Assembly (NCBI GenBank): GCA_944381095.1
Contig: CALWJW010000002.1
Coordinates: 1 to 53,293, forward strand
Reading direction: 5' to 3'
Length of the DNA: 53,293 nt
DNA from: an uncultured Clostridia bacterium
GTDB taxonomy: Bacteria; Bacillota; Clostridia; Oscillospirales; CAG-272
Positions 27,316 through 36,948 of this stretch are shown one piece after another (position 1 is the first letter of the stretch; the number at the start of each line of letters is the position of its first letter). The translations under genes and the position numbers were made by a program. Below the pieces are notes generated by a model. That model was not told where the DNA came from and did no database searches. It saw only the letters and a program-made list of their open reading frames with translations.

Positions 27316-28296
27316 TTATTCCCACTCAATCGTTGCAGGTCCCTTAGGGCTGAGGTCATAAAGAACACGGCAAATTCCGTAAACTTCACCGAGAATTCTG
27401 TCGGTGATCTTTTTAAGAATTGCATAGTCGATTTCCGGTACAGTGGCGCTCATCGCGTCAACGGTGTTAACCGCACGGATTATGCAAGGCCAATCAAATA
27501 CACGTTTTCCGTTTCTGACTCCGGTGGATCTGAAATCCGGAACAACGGTGAAGAACTGCCATACCTTTTCGGTAAGTCCGGCTTTGTCAAATTCTTCTCT
27601 CAGAATGGCGTCTGCCTCACGGAGCGCATTAAGTCTGTCACGTGTTATAGCACCGAGACAACGTACACCGAGTCCCGGACCCGGGAACGGCTGACGCTGA
27701 ACCATGCTGTACGGAAGTCCGAGTGCCTGCCCGACAACACGCACCTCGTCTTTAAACAACAGCTTGACCGGTTCGACCAGTTCAAATTTAAGATCTTCCG
27801 GCAGACCTCCGACGTTGTGGTGTGCCTTGACTCCGTCGCTTTCAAGTATGTCCGGATAGATTGTGCCTTGTGCAAGGAATTCAATATCAGTAAGCTTTCT
27901 TGCTTCCTCTTCAAAAACACGGATAAACTCTGCTCCGATTATCTTCCTTTTTGTTTCGGGATCGCTGACTCCGGCGAGTTTGTCAAGAAATCTGTCGGTT
28001 GCGTCAATATAGATCAGGTTAGCATTCATTCTGTTTTTGAAAACTTCAATGACCTGTTCGCTTTCGCCTTTTCTCATCAGACCGTGATTGACATGTATAC
28101 AAACGAGATTCTTTCCGATAGCCTTTATCAACAAAGCCGCGACTACGGAAGAGTCAACGCCTCCGGAGATGGCAAGCAGAACCTTTTTGTCACCGACCTG
28201 TGTTCTGACTTTTTCAATTTCTTTATCTATGAATTCATCTGCCAATTCTTTGCTTGTAATTCTTTTCATATCTTCCGGTCTTTTGTTGGAATCCAT
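27316..28296 (-). CDS. guaA: GMP synthase ATP-pyrophosphatase/dimerisation part only (no glutaminase domain)
   Basis: The PP-loop is ISGGVDSSV and the canonical C-terminus PKGPATIEWE is present. The start is taken at ATG 28296 (MDSNKRP) after GGAGG. It is 326 aa, whereas fused GuaA is about 510 aa. Confidence 0.8.
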   Translation of the reverse strand: MDSNKRPEDMKRITSKELADEFIDKEIEKVRTQVGDKKVLLAISGGVDSSVVAALLIKAIGKNLVCIHVNHGLMRKGESEQVIEVFKNRMNANLIYIDATDRFLDKLAGVSDPETKRKIIGAEFIRVFEEEARKLTDIEFLAQGTIYPDILESDGVKAHHNVGGLPEDLKFELVEPVKLLFKDEVRVVGQALGLPYSMVQRQPFPGPGLGVRCLGAITRDRLNALREADAILREEFDKAGLTEKVWQFFTVVPDFRSTGVRNGKRVFDWPCIIRAVNTVDAMSATVPEIDYAILKKITDRILGEVYGICRVLYDLSPKGPATIEWE

Positions 28297-28332
28297 ATTA
28301 AACCTCCGTAAAATAAATATATTAACAGAGAC

Positions 28333-28361
28333 AGGATAGCACAAAAAAGTAATTTTGTCAA
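28333..28361 (-). promoter_or_regulatory. Candidate promoter of the guaA-like gene
   Basis: The minus strand reads TTGACA (28361-28356), a 17-nt spacer and TATCCT (28338-28333). Confidence 0.45.
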
Positions 28362-28365
28362 TATT

Positions 28366-28411
28366 AAAACGCAAAAGAGGAATTTTGTAAAACGCAAAAG
28401 AGGAATTTTGT
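28366..28411. repeat. Perfect tandem duplication of a 23-bp unit
   Basis: AAAACGCAAAAGAGGAATTTTGT occurs at 28366-28388 and again at 28389-28411. A partial third copy (AATTTTGT) overlaps the -35 box at 28351-28358. Confidence 0.9.
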
Positions 28412-28544
28412 ATAAAAAGTTCAATGGTTCGGTGATTGCAGTCTGTTTTGTCGGATATCAGGTAATGATCGGCAAAATAAGCATGGTTAAATATTAAATT
28501 ATGTGGAGGTCAATGTAACAAATAAAAAAACATCCGGTGTTTTA

Positions 28545-28573
28545 TTGACAAAACGCTTTTTATTTTGTATACT
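28545..28573 (+). promoter_or_regulatory. Candidate promoter of the ptp-bcp-patatin gene string
   Basis: TTGACA (28545-28550), 17-nt spacer, TATACT (28568-28573). Confidence 0.5.
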
Positions 28574-28607
28574 AATCTTTGTATAAGTTTGCAAAGAGAG
28601 TAAATAT

Positions 28608-29084
28608 ATGTTAAAAGTCATGTTTGTATGTCACGGCAATATTTGTCGCTCACCGATGGCAGAGGTTATTTTCAGGGAATCTGCGAAGAACAGAGGTATC
28701 GATGAAATAGAAGTAAGTTCTGCGGCAATCACCTCAGAAGAAATATTTAACGGAAAGGGCAATCCCGTCCATCCCGGAGCTGAAGCTGAATTGCGCAAAA
28801 ACGGATTGACATCAGAAGGGAAGACAGCGGTGCTTTTGCGAAAAGAAGATTATAATAAGTTTGACGTATTCATCGGAATGGACACTGAAAACATGAGAGG
28901 AATGGTAAAAATATTCGGGAGCGATACAAAAGGAAAAATACATAAGCTGTCGGATTACTGTGATCAAATATCTGATGTTGCGGATCCATGGTACAGCGGA
29001 AGATTTGATTTGGCGTACAAGGATATTTTTACCGGATGTGAAGCTCTCGCCGAAAGAATAAAAAAAGGTTATAAATTCAATTAG
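28608..29084 (+). CDS. Low-molecular-weight protein tyrosine phosphatase
   Basis: The P-loop is VCHGNICRSPMAE (CX5R-S) and the downstream DPWY motif is present. Confidence 0.85.
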   Translation: MLKVMFVCHGNICRSPMAEVIFRESAKNRGIDEIEVSSAAITSEEIFNGKGNPVHPGAEAELRKNGLTSEGKTAVLLRKEDYNKFDVFIGMDTENMRGMVKIFGSDTKGKIHKLSDYCDQISDVADPWYSGRFDLAYKDIFTGCEALAERIKKGYKFN

Positions 29085-29097
29085 TGGAGGAAATGTT

Positions 29098-29556
29098 ATG
29101 TTGAAAACAGGAGTAAAAGCGCCTGACTTTACTTTGACGGATAAAAACGGCAATGAAGTATCCTTAACGGATTTCAGAGGAAAGAAAATCGTGCTTTACT
29201 TTTACCCGAAGGATAATACCTCCGGCTGTACCAAACAGGCGCTGGGATTTGCGGACCTGAACGGTGAGATTGAAAAAAGCGGAGCCGTAGTGATAGGAAT
29301 CAGTCGTGACAGTGCAAAATCACACGCCGGATTTGCGGAAAAATACGGTCTTCCGTTTGTTTTGCTTTCGGATCCGGAACACAAAGTCACAGAGCAGTAT
29401 GGGGCTTGGCAGGAGAAAAAACTTTACGGTAAAATCAGCATGGGGGTAGTTCGCACCACTTTTGTCATTGATGAAGACGGTACTATAATCAAAGTATTTG
29501 AAAAAGCATCAGCTTCGTTAAATCCTTACGAAGTCGTTGAATTTCTGAAAAAATGA
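29098..29556 (+). CDS. bcp: Thiol peroxidase Bcp (peroxiredoxin)
   Basis: FYPKDNTSGCTKQA provides the peroxidatic Cys context. It is 152 aa with an AhpC/TSA-like layout. Confidence 0.85.
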   Translation: MLKTGVKAPDFTLTDKNGNEVSLTDFRGKKIVLYFYPKDNTSGCTKQALGFADLNGEIEKSGAVVIGISRDSAKSHAGFAEKYGLPFVLLSDPEHKVTEQYGAWQEKKLYGKISMGVVRTTFVIDEDGTIIKVFEKASASLNPYEVVEFLKK

Positions 29557-29586
29557 AGCAAAGATCAGGAAATGTAGGTAGTAAAA

Positions 29587-30441
29587 ATGAAAAAAGGTCT
29601 GGTTCTTGAAGGTGGCGCTATGCGCGGTATGTTTACCGCAGGTGTGCTTGACGTAATGATGAGAGAAAAATTGGTTTTCGACGGTCTTATCGGAGTTTCT
29701 GCCGGAGCTGTTTTCGGATGTAACTACAAATCACTTCAACCGGGGAGAACGATTCGCTATAACAAAAAATACTGTCGCGATCCAAGATATGCCGGCATAC
29801 GCTCACTTTTGAAAACAGGCGATATATACGGTGAAAAATTCTGCTACCATGATATACCGGACAGTCTTGATCCGTTTGATGCAGAAACATTCCGTAATAA
29901 TCCGATGGAATTTTATGTTGTCTGCACGGATGTAAATACCGGTAATCCGGTTTATCATAAATGCGAGACCGGTGAAGGCAATGACCTTGAATGGATGAGG
30001 GCATCGGCTTCAATGCCGCTTGTAAGCAGAATTGTCAGCGTGGACGGATATATGCTTTCAGACGGCGGTACAGCAGATTCGATACCTTTGAGGTACTTTC
30101 AGAGTATCGGGTATGAAAAAAATGTGCTGGTACTGACACAACCGGCGGATTTTGTAAAAAAACCGAATAACTTTCTTCCGCTTATTAAGCTTAAAATGGG
30201 AAGGTATCCTGATTTCATAAAAGCAGTAAAAGACAGGCATATCAGATACAATGAAACACTGGAATACATTTCTTCCGAAGAAAAAAAAGGCAATATTTTC
30301 GTGATAAGACCTGCAAAAAAACTTGCCGTGCATTCCGTTGAGCATTCTTCCGACCGTCTTGAAAATGTTTACCGCTCAGGGCTTTCAATGGGTAACGCCG
30401 TAATGGACGACCTTAAACATTTTCTGAGACAATTCGACTGA
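29587..30441 (+). CDS. Patatin-like phospholipase family protein
   Basis: The oxyanion motif is GGAMRG, the nucleophile motif is GVSAG (GxSxG), and the catalytic Asp motif is SDGG. Confidence 0.85.
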   Translation: MKKGLVLEGGAMRGMFTAGVLDVMMREKLVFDGLIGVSAGAVFGCNYKSLQPGRTIRYNKKYCRDPRYAGIRSLLKTGDIYGEKFCYHDIPDSLDPFDAETFRNNPMEFYVVCTDVNTGNPVYHKCETGEGNDLEWMRASASMPLVSRIVSVDGYMLSDGGTADSIPLRYFQSIGYEKNVLVLTQPADFVKKPNNFLPLIKLKMGRYPDFIKAVKDRHIRYNETLEYISSEEKKGNIFVIRPAKKLAVHSVEHSSDRLENVYRSGLSMGNAVMDDLKHFLRQFD

Positions 30442-30459
30442 CTTTATAAATGGTTAAAA

Positions 30460-31574
30460 ATGTTTGATAATTCACTTAACTTATTGATAAAACCCGCTTC
30501 ATCAGATTGTAACATGAGATGTAAATATTGCTTTTACCGTGATGAAGCGCGACAGAGGAAAAAGTCATCTTACGGAGTGATGAATTCTGAAACAGCGGAA
30601 AATATCATAAAGAAATCGCTTGCGGTTTCAGAAAGTTGCAATTTTTGTTTTCAGGGCGGAGAGCCTACACTTGCGGGACTTGATTTTTTCAGGGAGTTTA
30701 CTAGCTGTGTCAAAAAACATAAGAAAAAGTCACAGAAAATTTCTTATTCATTGCAAACAAACGGAACTAGGATAAACAATGAATGGCTGAAATTTCTGGC
30801 GGCTGAAAAATTTTTGGTGGGGGTTTCGATTGACGGACCGCCTTCTGAACACGACAGGTTTCGTCTGGACCCGGAGTGTAAACCTTCATTTTACAGAATT
30901 TTTTCTAACTCACGGAAAATGCTGTCAGCCGGAATTGGCGCAAATGTATTAACTGTGCTAACTGATGAAAATGCCTTGACGGCAGGTAATATCTACAATT
31001 TTTTCAAAAAAACGGTTTTTTATACCATCAGTATATACCTTGTATCGATCCGATCGATAGGAGCCGTATTTTCCTCAGCAGCAAAAATTACGCGACTGCA
31101 CTGAAAAAACTTTTCGATGAATGGTATAAAGACCTGATTTCAGGTAAACACGTTTTCATACGTGATTTTGAAAATTATATTTCTGTACTTCTCGGAAACC
31201 AACCGGTTGAGTGTTCAAAATACGGTAAATGCAGCATACAGAATGTAATCGAAGCAAACGGAAACGTTTATCCGTGCGATTTTTATGCATTCGATGAGTA
31301 CTGTGCAGGTAATGTCTGTGACGAAAAATTTGCGTTTAACAGTATTAAGACCGATAACAACGTTTTCTTTGAAAACGCGGAAAAGCGTGACGACAGGTGT
31401 TCAGGCTGTAAATGGTATCCGATTTGCAGAGGAGGTTGCCGGAGAGACTGTGCATCTGACGGCAAAATTTATGTAAATAAATACTGTGAGGCGTACAGTC
31501 AATTCTTTGAATACACCATTGAAAGAATGGAAGAAATAGCGTCGCATCCGGCTGCCATCAGTAATTTCAGGTAA
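30460..31574 (+). pseudogene. Anaerobic sulfatase-maturating enzyme-like radical SAM/SPASM gene with a frameshift
   Basis: The N-terminal part (30460-31012, frame 1) has LIKPASSDCNMRCKYCFY and FQGGEPTLAG. Homology continues in frame 3 from about 31010 to the TAA at 31572-31574: GFLYHQYIPCIDP...VYPCDFY...CSGCKWYPICRGGCRR...YCEAYSQFFEY. The frame switch lies in the A7 run at 31006-31012. Confidence 0.8.
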
Positions 31575-31667
31575 GCTGACGCAACGCAGGATTTTACTTT
31601 ATTACTGACGCATGTTTTTACTTTGTAGAACTGAAAAACAGCCGTCTGAATTGCGGAGAAAAGTTTA

Positions 31668-33035
31668 ATGAACAGTTTATCAAAAAATAACCTCTTTGAA
31701 GACGCACCGATTCCGAGTGCGGTGAAAAAGTTGGTAATACCAACCATTTTAAGTTCGCTTGTAATGGTTTTGTACAATTTAGCTGACACTTTTTTTGTCG
31801 GACAACTCAATGACCCGGTTCAGAATGCCGCTGTGACGCTGGTGGCACCACTGATGCTGGCTTTCAACGCCGTTAACAATCTGTTCGGTGTAGGAAGTTC
31901 AAGTATGATGAGCAGGGCGCTCGGTCGTAAAGACTACGAAACTGTAAAACGAAGCGCTTCCATCGGACTGTACTGCTCTGTCTTTTTCGGAATTCTTTTT
32001 TCTCTGCTTTCACTCATATTTTATACTCCGCTTCTTAAACTTCTGGGAGCTGACGCAACAACCTCGGAAGCCACGGCTGGGTACATGCTGTGGACGGTAA
32101 TATTCGGAGCGATGCCTTCAATACTGAACGTTGTTATGGCGTATCTGGTAAGGGCAGAGGGAAACTCTATGCATGCAAGCATAGGAACAATGAGCGGCTG
32201 TTTCCTTAACATGATACTTGATCCGATATTTATTTTTGCTTTTAATATGGGTGCCGCCGGCGCCGGTATAGCCACTTTTATATCAAACTGTTTTGCTTGC
32301 GGATACTTTTTAGTTTTGCTTTACAAGATGAGAAAATACACGTATATAAGTATAAATCCTAAAAATTTCAAACCGGATATAAAGGTCATAACAGGAATAT
32401 TTGCGGTCGGCATACCTGCGTCAATACAGAATTTGCTGAATGTTATCGGGATGACTGTACTCAATAATCTTACTTCTGTATACGGAGCTGATGCCGTTGC
32501 TGCTATGGGAATAGCGCAGAAAATTTATATGGTACCGGCGCAGATAGCACTCGGTGGAACGCAAGGGGTTATGCCGCTTGTCAGTTATTCCTATTCATCA
32601 AAGAATTTCAAGAGATTCAAAGATTCAATTTCCTTTCTGTCGGTTATGCTCCTTCCGGCGATGCTGTTGATTGCATTTATCGCTTTTTTGACGTCGCCTG
32701 TGCTGATGAAACTTTTTATTGAAAATGATGCAGTAATAAATTTCGGTAATATCTTTTTCAGAGCGATGATTTGTGCTGCCCCATTCCTTGTGACCGACTT
32801 CCTGGTCGTCGGAGTCTGTCAGGCGATCGGAAGAGGAAAAATATCGCTTGCGTTTGCAATCTACAGAAAACAAGAGCTCGAAAAAACATCAATTGTTGAC
32901 CTTAATCTGATATTCGCCGAAAACGGCAGAGCTCTCGGAGCGCTTATAGCGGAACTTGTCATGTCGGTCGTCGGCTTTTTCACGTTACTTCACATTGTCA
33001 GAAAATTCAAAAAAGAAACAGAAACTTGTATGTGA
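31668..33035 (+). CDS. MATE family efflux transporter
   Basis: 455 aa and 12-TM-like. The N-terminus AVKKLVIPTILSSLVMVLYNLADTFFVGQL is typical of MATE/NorM proteins. Confidence 0.85.
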   Translation: MNSLSKNNLFEDAPIPSAVKKLVIPTILSSLVMVLYNLADTFFVGQLNDPVQNAAVTLVAPLMLAFNAVNNLFGVGSSSMMSRALGRKDYETVKRSASIGLYCSVFFGILFSLLSLIFYTPLLKLLGADATTSEATAGYMLWTVIFGAMPSILNVVMAYLVRAEGNSMHASIGTMSGCFLNMILDPIFIFAFNMGAAGAGIATFISNCFACGYFLVLLYKMRKYTYISINPKNFKPDIKVITGIFAVGIPASIQNLLNVIGMTVLNNLTSVYGADAVAAMGIAQKIYMVPAQIALGGTQGVMPLVSYSYSSKNFKRFKDSISFLSVMLLPAMLLIAFIAFLTSPVLMKLFIENDAVINFGNIFFRAMICAAPFLVTDFLVVGVCQAIGRGKISLAFAIYRKQELEKTSIVDLNLIFAENGRALGALIAELVMSVVGFFTLLHIVRKFKKETETCM

Positions 33036-33269
33036 TAAAATATGAGTTTTCGTGTTGGTTTGTCGGCATTTTTTAATTTAACTGTGTTTGAATACAAATA
33101 TCGGTCGGGTAGCCGGTTTAATGTGGTATGATTTGTATCACGATCACGTCAGCTGATAAATATTCTTTTTATCAAGTTTTTTTCGGCATTCGGTAAAAGC
33201 CGTACGTTTTTCAGAAAACTGTTTATAAGGTCAGCAACAAAAAAATAAATGATAAGAGAGGAAATAAAT

Positions 33270-35234
33270 ATGAAGCAGTTATCCCCGAGACAGATTCACC
33301 TTGATTTCCACACCTCAGAGAAAATCCCGGATGTAGCGCAAAATTTTAGCGCCGAAGAATTTGCACGGCAGATGAAAGAAGCGCATGTAAGTTCAGTGAC
33401 CGTTTTTGCAAGATGTCATCACGGTTGGCTTTACTATCCTTCAAAGAAATTTCCGGAACTCGTCCATCCCGCTTTAAAAAACAAAAATCTGCTGATCGAT
33501 CAGGTAAAATCACTGCATAAGGTGGGTATCAGAGCACCCATATACATAACGGTACAGTGGGATTATCAGTCTGCAAACAAGCATCCCGAATGGCTGATAA
33601 GAAAAAGAGACGGCTCTCACGAAGGGCCTGCATTTACAGAAGCGGGTTTTTATCAGTCACTCTGTGTAAATACCGGGTATAAAGATTTTCTGATGGCACA
33701 GACTGCTGAAATTTGCGAAATTCTCGGTGATGAATTAGACGGTATATTTTTTGACATAGTCGGTACAAGACCGTGCCTCTGCTCTGCCTGTCGGGCTGAA
33801 ATGAAAAGAGAAGGGCTGGATTTGTGCGATGATGTTCAGGTCAGGAATTTTGCAGCGCGCGTAATGGACAGGTTCAAAAGTGAAATGACTTCGCTTGTAA
33901 GAAAATTCAGTACCGACTGCACTGTTTTTTACAATGCAGGACATGTTGGTCCATGTACAAAGAAAAGCAAAGATGCCTATTCCCACTTTGAACTTGAAAG
34001 TCTGCCATCAGGTTCCTGGGGATATCTGCATTTTCCGGTTACAGCAAGGTACGCAAGAACGCTCGGTAAAGACTGTCTTGGTATGACCGGAAAATTTCAT
34101 ACGGATTGGGGAGATTTTCACAGCCTTAAAAATCAGGCGGCACTGGAATTTGAGTGTTTCAGGATGCTGAGTTACGGATTTGCGTCTTCAATAGGCGATC
34201 AGCTTGAACCGGGAGGCATATTAAACCCTGCTACGTACAGGCTTATCGGAAGCGTATATAAACAGTTTGAAGAAAGGGAAGAGTGGGCAAGACCTTCAAT
34301 TCCGATGACTGAAGCTCTTCTTCTTACATCAGAGCCGGACAATGTCGAGTCAAAGATTCCCGAATCTGTTATGGGTGCAGCACAACTTTTTGAAGAACTC
34401 GCATTGCAGTTTGATATTTCGGATAAAAACTGTGATTTCGGTAAATACAAACTCCTGATCATACCCGAGGATTTCAGAGGTGACGCTGAATTTTCTGACA
34501 AGGTCAATGAATATGTGTCAAACGGCGGAAAAGTACTTGCGTTCGGAAAAGGCGGATTGACGGCTGATAACTGCTATCCGGAGTGTTTCGGAGTGAAGTA
34601 CGAGGGAAAGATTGAAAAATATCCTGATTTCATAGTTGCGGACGGCGAGTTGTCAAGCGGACTTGAAATCGGTAACGAATATGTGATATATCTGCAAGGC
34701 GAACAAGTTTCTCCTATCACGGCTGAGCCGGTTTTGTATGCCAGAGCACCTTATTTCAGAAGAGACGGCGATTATTTCTGCTCACATAAATACACACCGT
34801 CAGCAAAAGGTGCGTCATACCCGGTAGCTTTCATGAGCAAAGGAGTAGTCTTTTTCTCGCACCACATCCTTACTCAGTACAGAAAAAATGCTCCATACTG
34901 GTGTAAAAAACTTGTTTCAAACGCAGTAAAAATGTTGCTCGGTGAACAGATGATAACTCACAACGGTCCGTCAACACTGTCAGTAAGCGTACTTTCACAG
35001 CCTGAAAAAGGCAGAGTTAACCTGCACTTACTTTCTTATATACCGGTAAGAAAGAGTGCGACTATCGACATTATTGAAGAACGTACGGTCGTCAGGAATG
35101 TCAAAATCAAATTAAATCTCGATAAAAAATTCACAAAAGCAAGGCTGGTTCCGGAAAACACTATCCTCAATTACGAAGACGGTGAAGTTGAAATTCCGGA
35201 AGTCAACGGATATGCCATAGTTGAATTGTCGTAA
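33270..35234 (+). CDS. Putative glycoside hydrolase (GHL6/GH42-like TIM barrel)
   Basis: 654 aa from ATG 33270, after AGAGAGGAAA. The N-terminal RQIHLDFHTSE...VTVFARCHHGWLYYPS is as I recall for hypothetical glycosyl hydrolase 6 / beta-galactosidase-trimerisation-like proteins. It lies next to a GH29 gene. Confidence 0.45.
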   Translation: MKQLSPRQIHLDFHTSEKIPDVAQNFSAEEFARQMKEAHVSSVTVFARCHHGWLYYPSKKFPELVHPALKNKNLLIDQVKSLHKVGIRAPIYITVQWDYQSANKHPEWLIRKRDGSHEGPAFTEAGFYQSLCVNTGYKDFLMAQTAEICEILGDELDGIFFDIVGTRPCLCSACRAEMKREGLDLCDDVQVRNFAARVMDRFKSEMTSLVRKFSTDCTVFYNAGHVGPCTKKSKDAYSHFELESLPSGSWGYLHFPVTARYARTLGKDCLGMTGKFHTDWGDFHSLKNQAALEFECFRMLSYGFASSIGDQLEPGGILNPATYRLIGSVYKQFEEREEWARPSIPMTEALLLTSEPDNVESKIPESVMGAAQLFEELALQFDISDKNCDFGKYKLLIIPEDFRGDAEFSDKVNEYVSNGGKVLAFGKGGLTADNCYPECFGVKYEGKIEKYPDFIVADGELSSGLEIGNEYVIYLQGEQVSPITAEPVLYARAPYFRRDGDYFCSHKYTPSAKGASYPVAFMSKGVVFFSHHILTQYRKNAPYWCKKLVSNAVKMLLGEQMITHNGPSTLSVSVLSQPEKGRVNLHLLSYIPVRKSATIDIIEERTVVRNVKIKLNLDKKFTKARLVPENTILNYEDGEVEIPEVNGYAIVELS

Positions 35235-35319
35235 TCAATGTCAGTTAAAACAGTAAAAACGGCAGCAAATACGTCAAATGTCCTGTGATGCGTCAGAACG
35301 GGAGGATCGGAGAACTGAT

Positions 35320-36627
35320 ATGGATTTTTTTAAAGATGAAAGAGACTGGTTTTTCAAAAAAAGATTCGGGTTGTTTGTTCATTTCGGACTCTATTCGATA
35401 GAAGGATTTCATGAACAGGAACAATTCAGAAAGGGAATTCCAAGAAAAGAATACGAAAAATACGCATCGGTATTTAATCCGGAGAAATTCGACCCGTACG
35501 TCTGGATAGAAACAGCAAAAAAATGCGGAATGGAATACATGGTTTTTACAGCAAAGCATCAGGACGGTTTTTGTATGTGGAACACAAAAACCACTGATTA
35601 CAACATCATCAATACTCCATACGGCAGAGATTTGCTGAAAGAACTGTCCGATGCCTGTCACAGCGAAAAATTTCCGCTGATTATCTACTACTGCATAACT
35701 GACAATCATCACCCGAATTATCCGAACAGAGGCAAGTGGCACGAACTTCCGCGCCCGGAGGACGGAGACAGACCTGACCGCGATAAATATCTGGATTATC
35801 TGAAAAGACAGGTCATAGAGCTTTGCTCTGATTACGGAAAAATTCACGGATTTTTCTGGGACGCAAATCACCTTGATTACCGTGACGAATCAATAAACTG
35901 GATAATACGTGATATTCAGCCGGCAGCTGTCATTAACGGAAGAGGATTTGACAGCGGTGATTATAATACACCTGAAAGAGAATTCAACGAAGCTGAAATC
36001 AGTTCAGTGCGGAGCTTTACAAAACCTACCGAAGCGTGTCAGTCATTTGGCATACACAGCTGGGGTTACAGAAAAGACGAAGATTTTTACAGCACAAAAT
36101 ATCTGATCAGAAGTATAGACCGGATACTTTCAATGGGAGGAAACTTCCTTTTAAATATAGCTCCGGATGCGAGCGGACAACTTGATAGCAGAGCCGTAAA
36201 AAAAGCGGAAGAGATAGGAAAATGGTTTGCAAAAGCAAAAGAATCCTATGACGGTGCGGTTCCTGTTTCCGACGCGATAAAAAACAGCGGGATATATCTT
36301 ACGGTAAAAGGCAACTCCTTGTATGTTCATCTAAACAGTGATCCGATTGCCGACTCGGTAGAACTTATACCGCTTGATACACTTCCGGAAAAGGTAACAC
36401 TTATAAACGACGGAAGAACGCTCAGTTGCGTCAGGAATCAAGGGACGAAACACTGGACAGCCGAGTCTGAATTTGTCCGAATCAAATCTTTACCCACCGA
36501 CAGTATGACAGATACTGTAATGATACTGAAAATGGACTATAAGCATCTTCCTGCAAGGATAAAAGAATTATCCGACAGTTGGAAATTGACGTTGCCGGAT
36601 CAGGTTATTCAGAAAGATGACAAATAG
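35320..36627 (+). CDS. Alpha-L-fucosidase (GH29)
   Basis: FGLFVHFGLYS and AKHQDGFCMWNT are GH29 hallmarks. The start is taken at ATG 35320 (MDFFKDE). Confidence 0.8.
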   Translation: MDFFKDERDWFFKKRFGLFVHFGLYSIEGFHEQEQFRKGIPRKEYEKYASVFNPEKFDPYVWIETAKKCGMEYMVFTAKHQDGFCMWNTKTTDYNIINTPYGRDLLKELSDACHSEKFPLIIYYCITDNHHPNYPNRGKWHELPRPEDGDRPDRDKYLDYLKRQVIELCSDYGKIHGFFWDANHLDYRDESINWIIRDIQPAAVINGRGFDSGDYNTPEREFNEAEISSVRSFTKPTEACQSFGIHSWGYRKDEDFYSTKYLIRSIDRILSMGGNFLLNIAPDASGQLDSRAVKKAEEIGKWFAKAKESYDGAVPVSDAIKNSGIYLTVKGNSLYVHLNSDPIADSVELIPLDTLPEKVTLINDGRTLSCVRNQGTKHWTAESEFVRIKSLPTDSMTDTVMILKMDYKHLPARIKELSDSWKLTLPDQVIQKDDK

Positions 36628-36774
36628 CTATTCTAAAAGATGGTACTTCAAAGTAAATAAAAGTTTATATGTCGAAAAACAAAATTGTTTATCTGTCACT
36701 GAAAATCAACCGCACTTATTTTTGGAATATAACAGAAAATTTCGGTATCATCTGCAATATGAAATATTATCATC

Positions 36775-36808
36775 AAAACGGAGACTGTCAGTCTCCGTTT
36801 TATTTATC
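36775..36808 (+). terminator. Intrinsic terminator after the fucosidase gene
   Basis: AAAACGGAGACT-GTC-AGTCTCCGTTTT is a perfect 12-bp inverted repeat, followed by TATTTAT. Confidence 0.8.
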
Positions 36809-36948
36809 ATATTTTTTGTTAAAAGATGCTGTTTTTTGTTCAAAATACTGATTTTGATTTTGTTCATAAATTTTGCCTTTACTTTTTCAAGTTTAAGAAT
36901 ACTATTAAGGTATTGTTTTGCTATTTTCGCATTAGCGGAGGATAATAT

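Noticed and set aside
32860-32940. A hydrophilic stretch (KQELEKTSIVDLN) near the C-terminus of the first MATE pump, flanked by two GAGCTC sites. I considered it a possible insertion or compensating frameshifts.
   Set aside because: Neither alternative frame is open or more hydrophobic, and the flanking helices remain in frame. It is most likely a normal loop.
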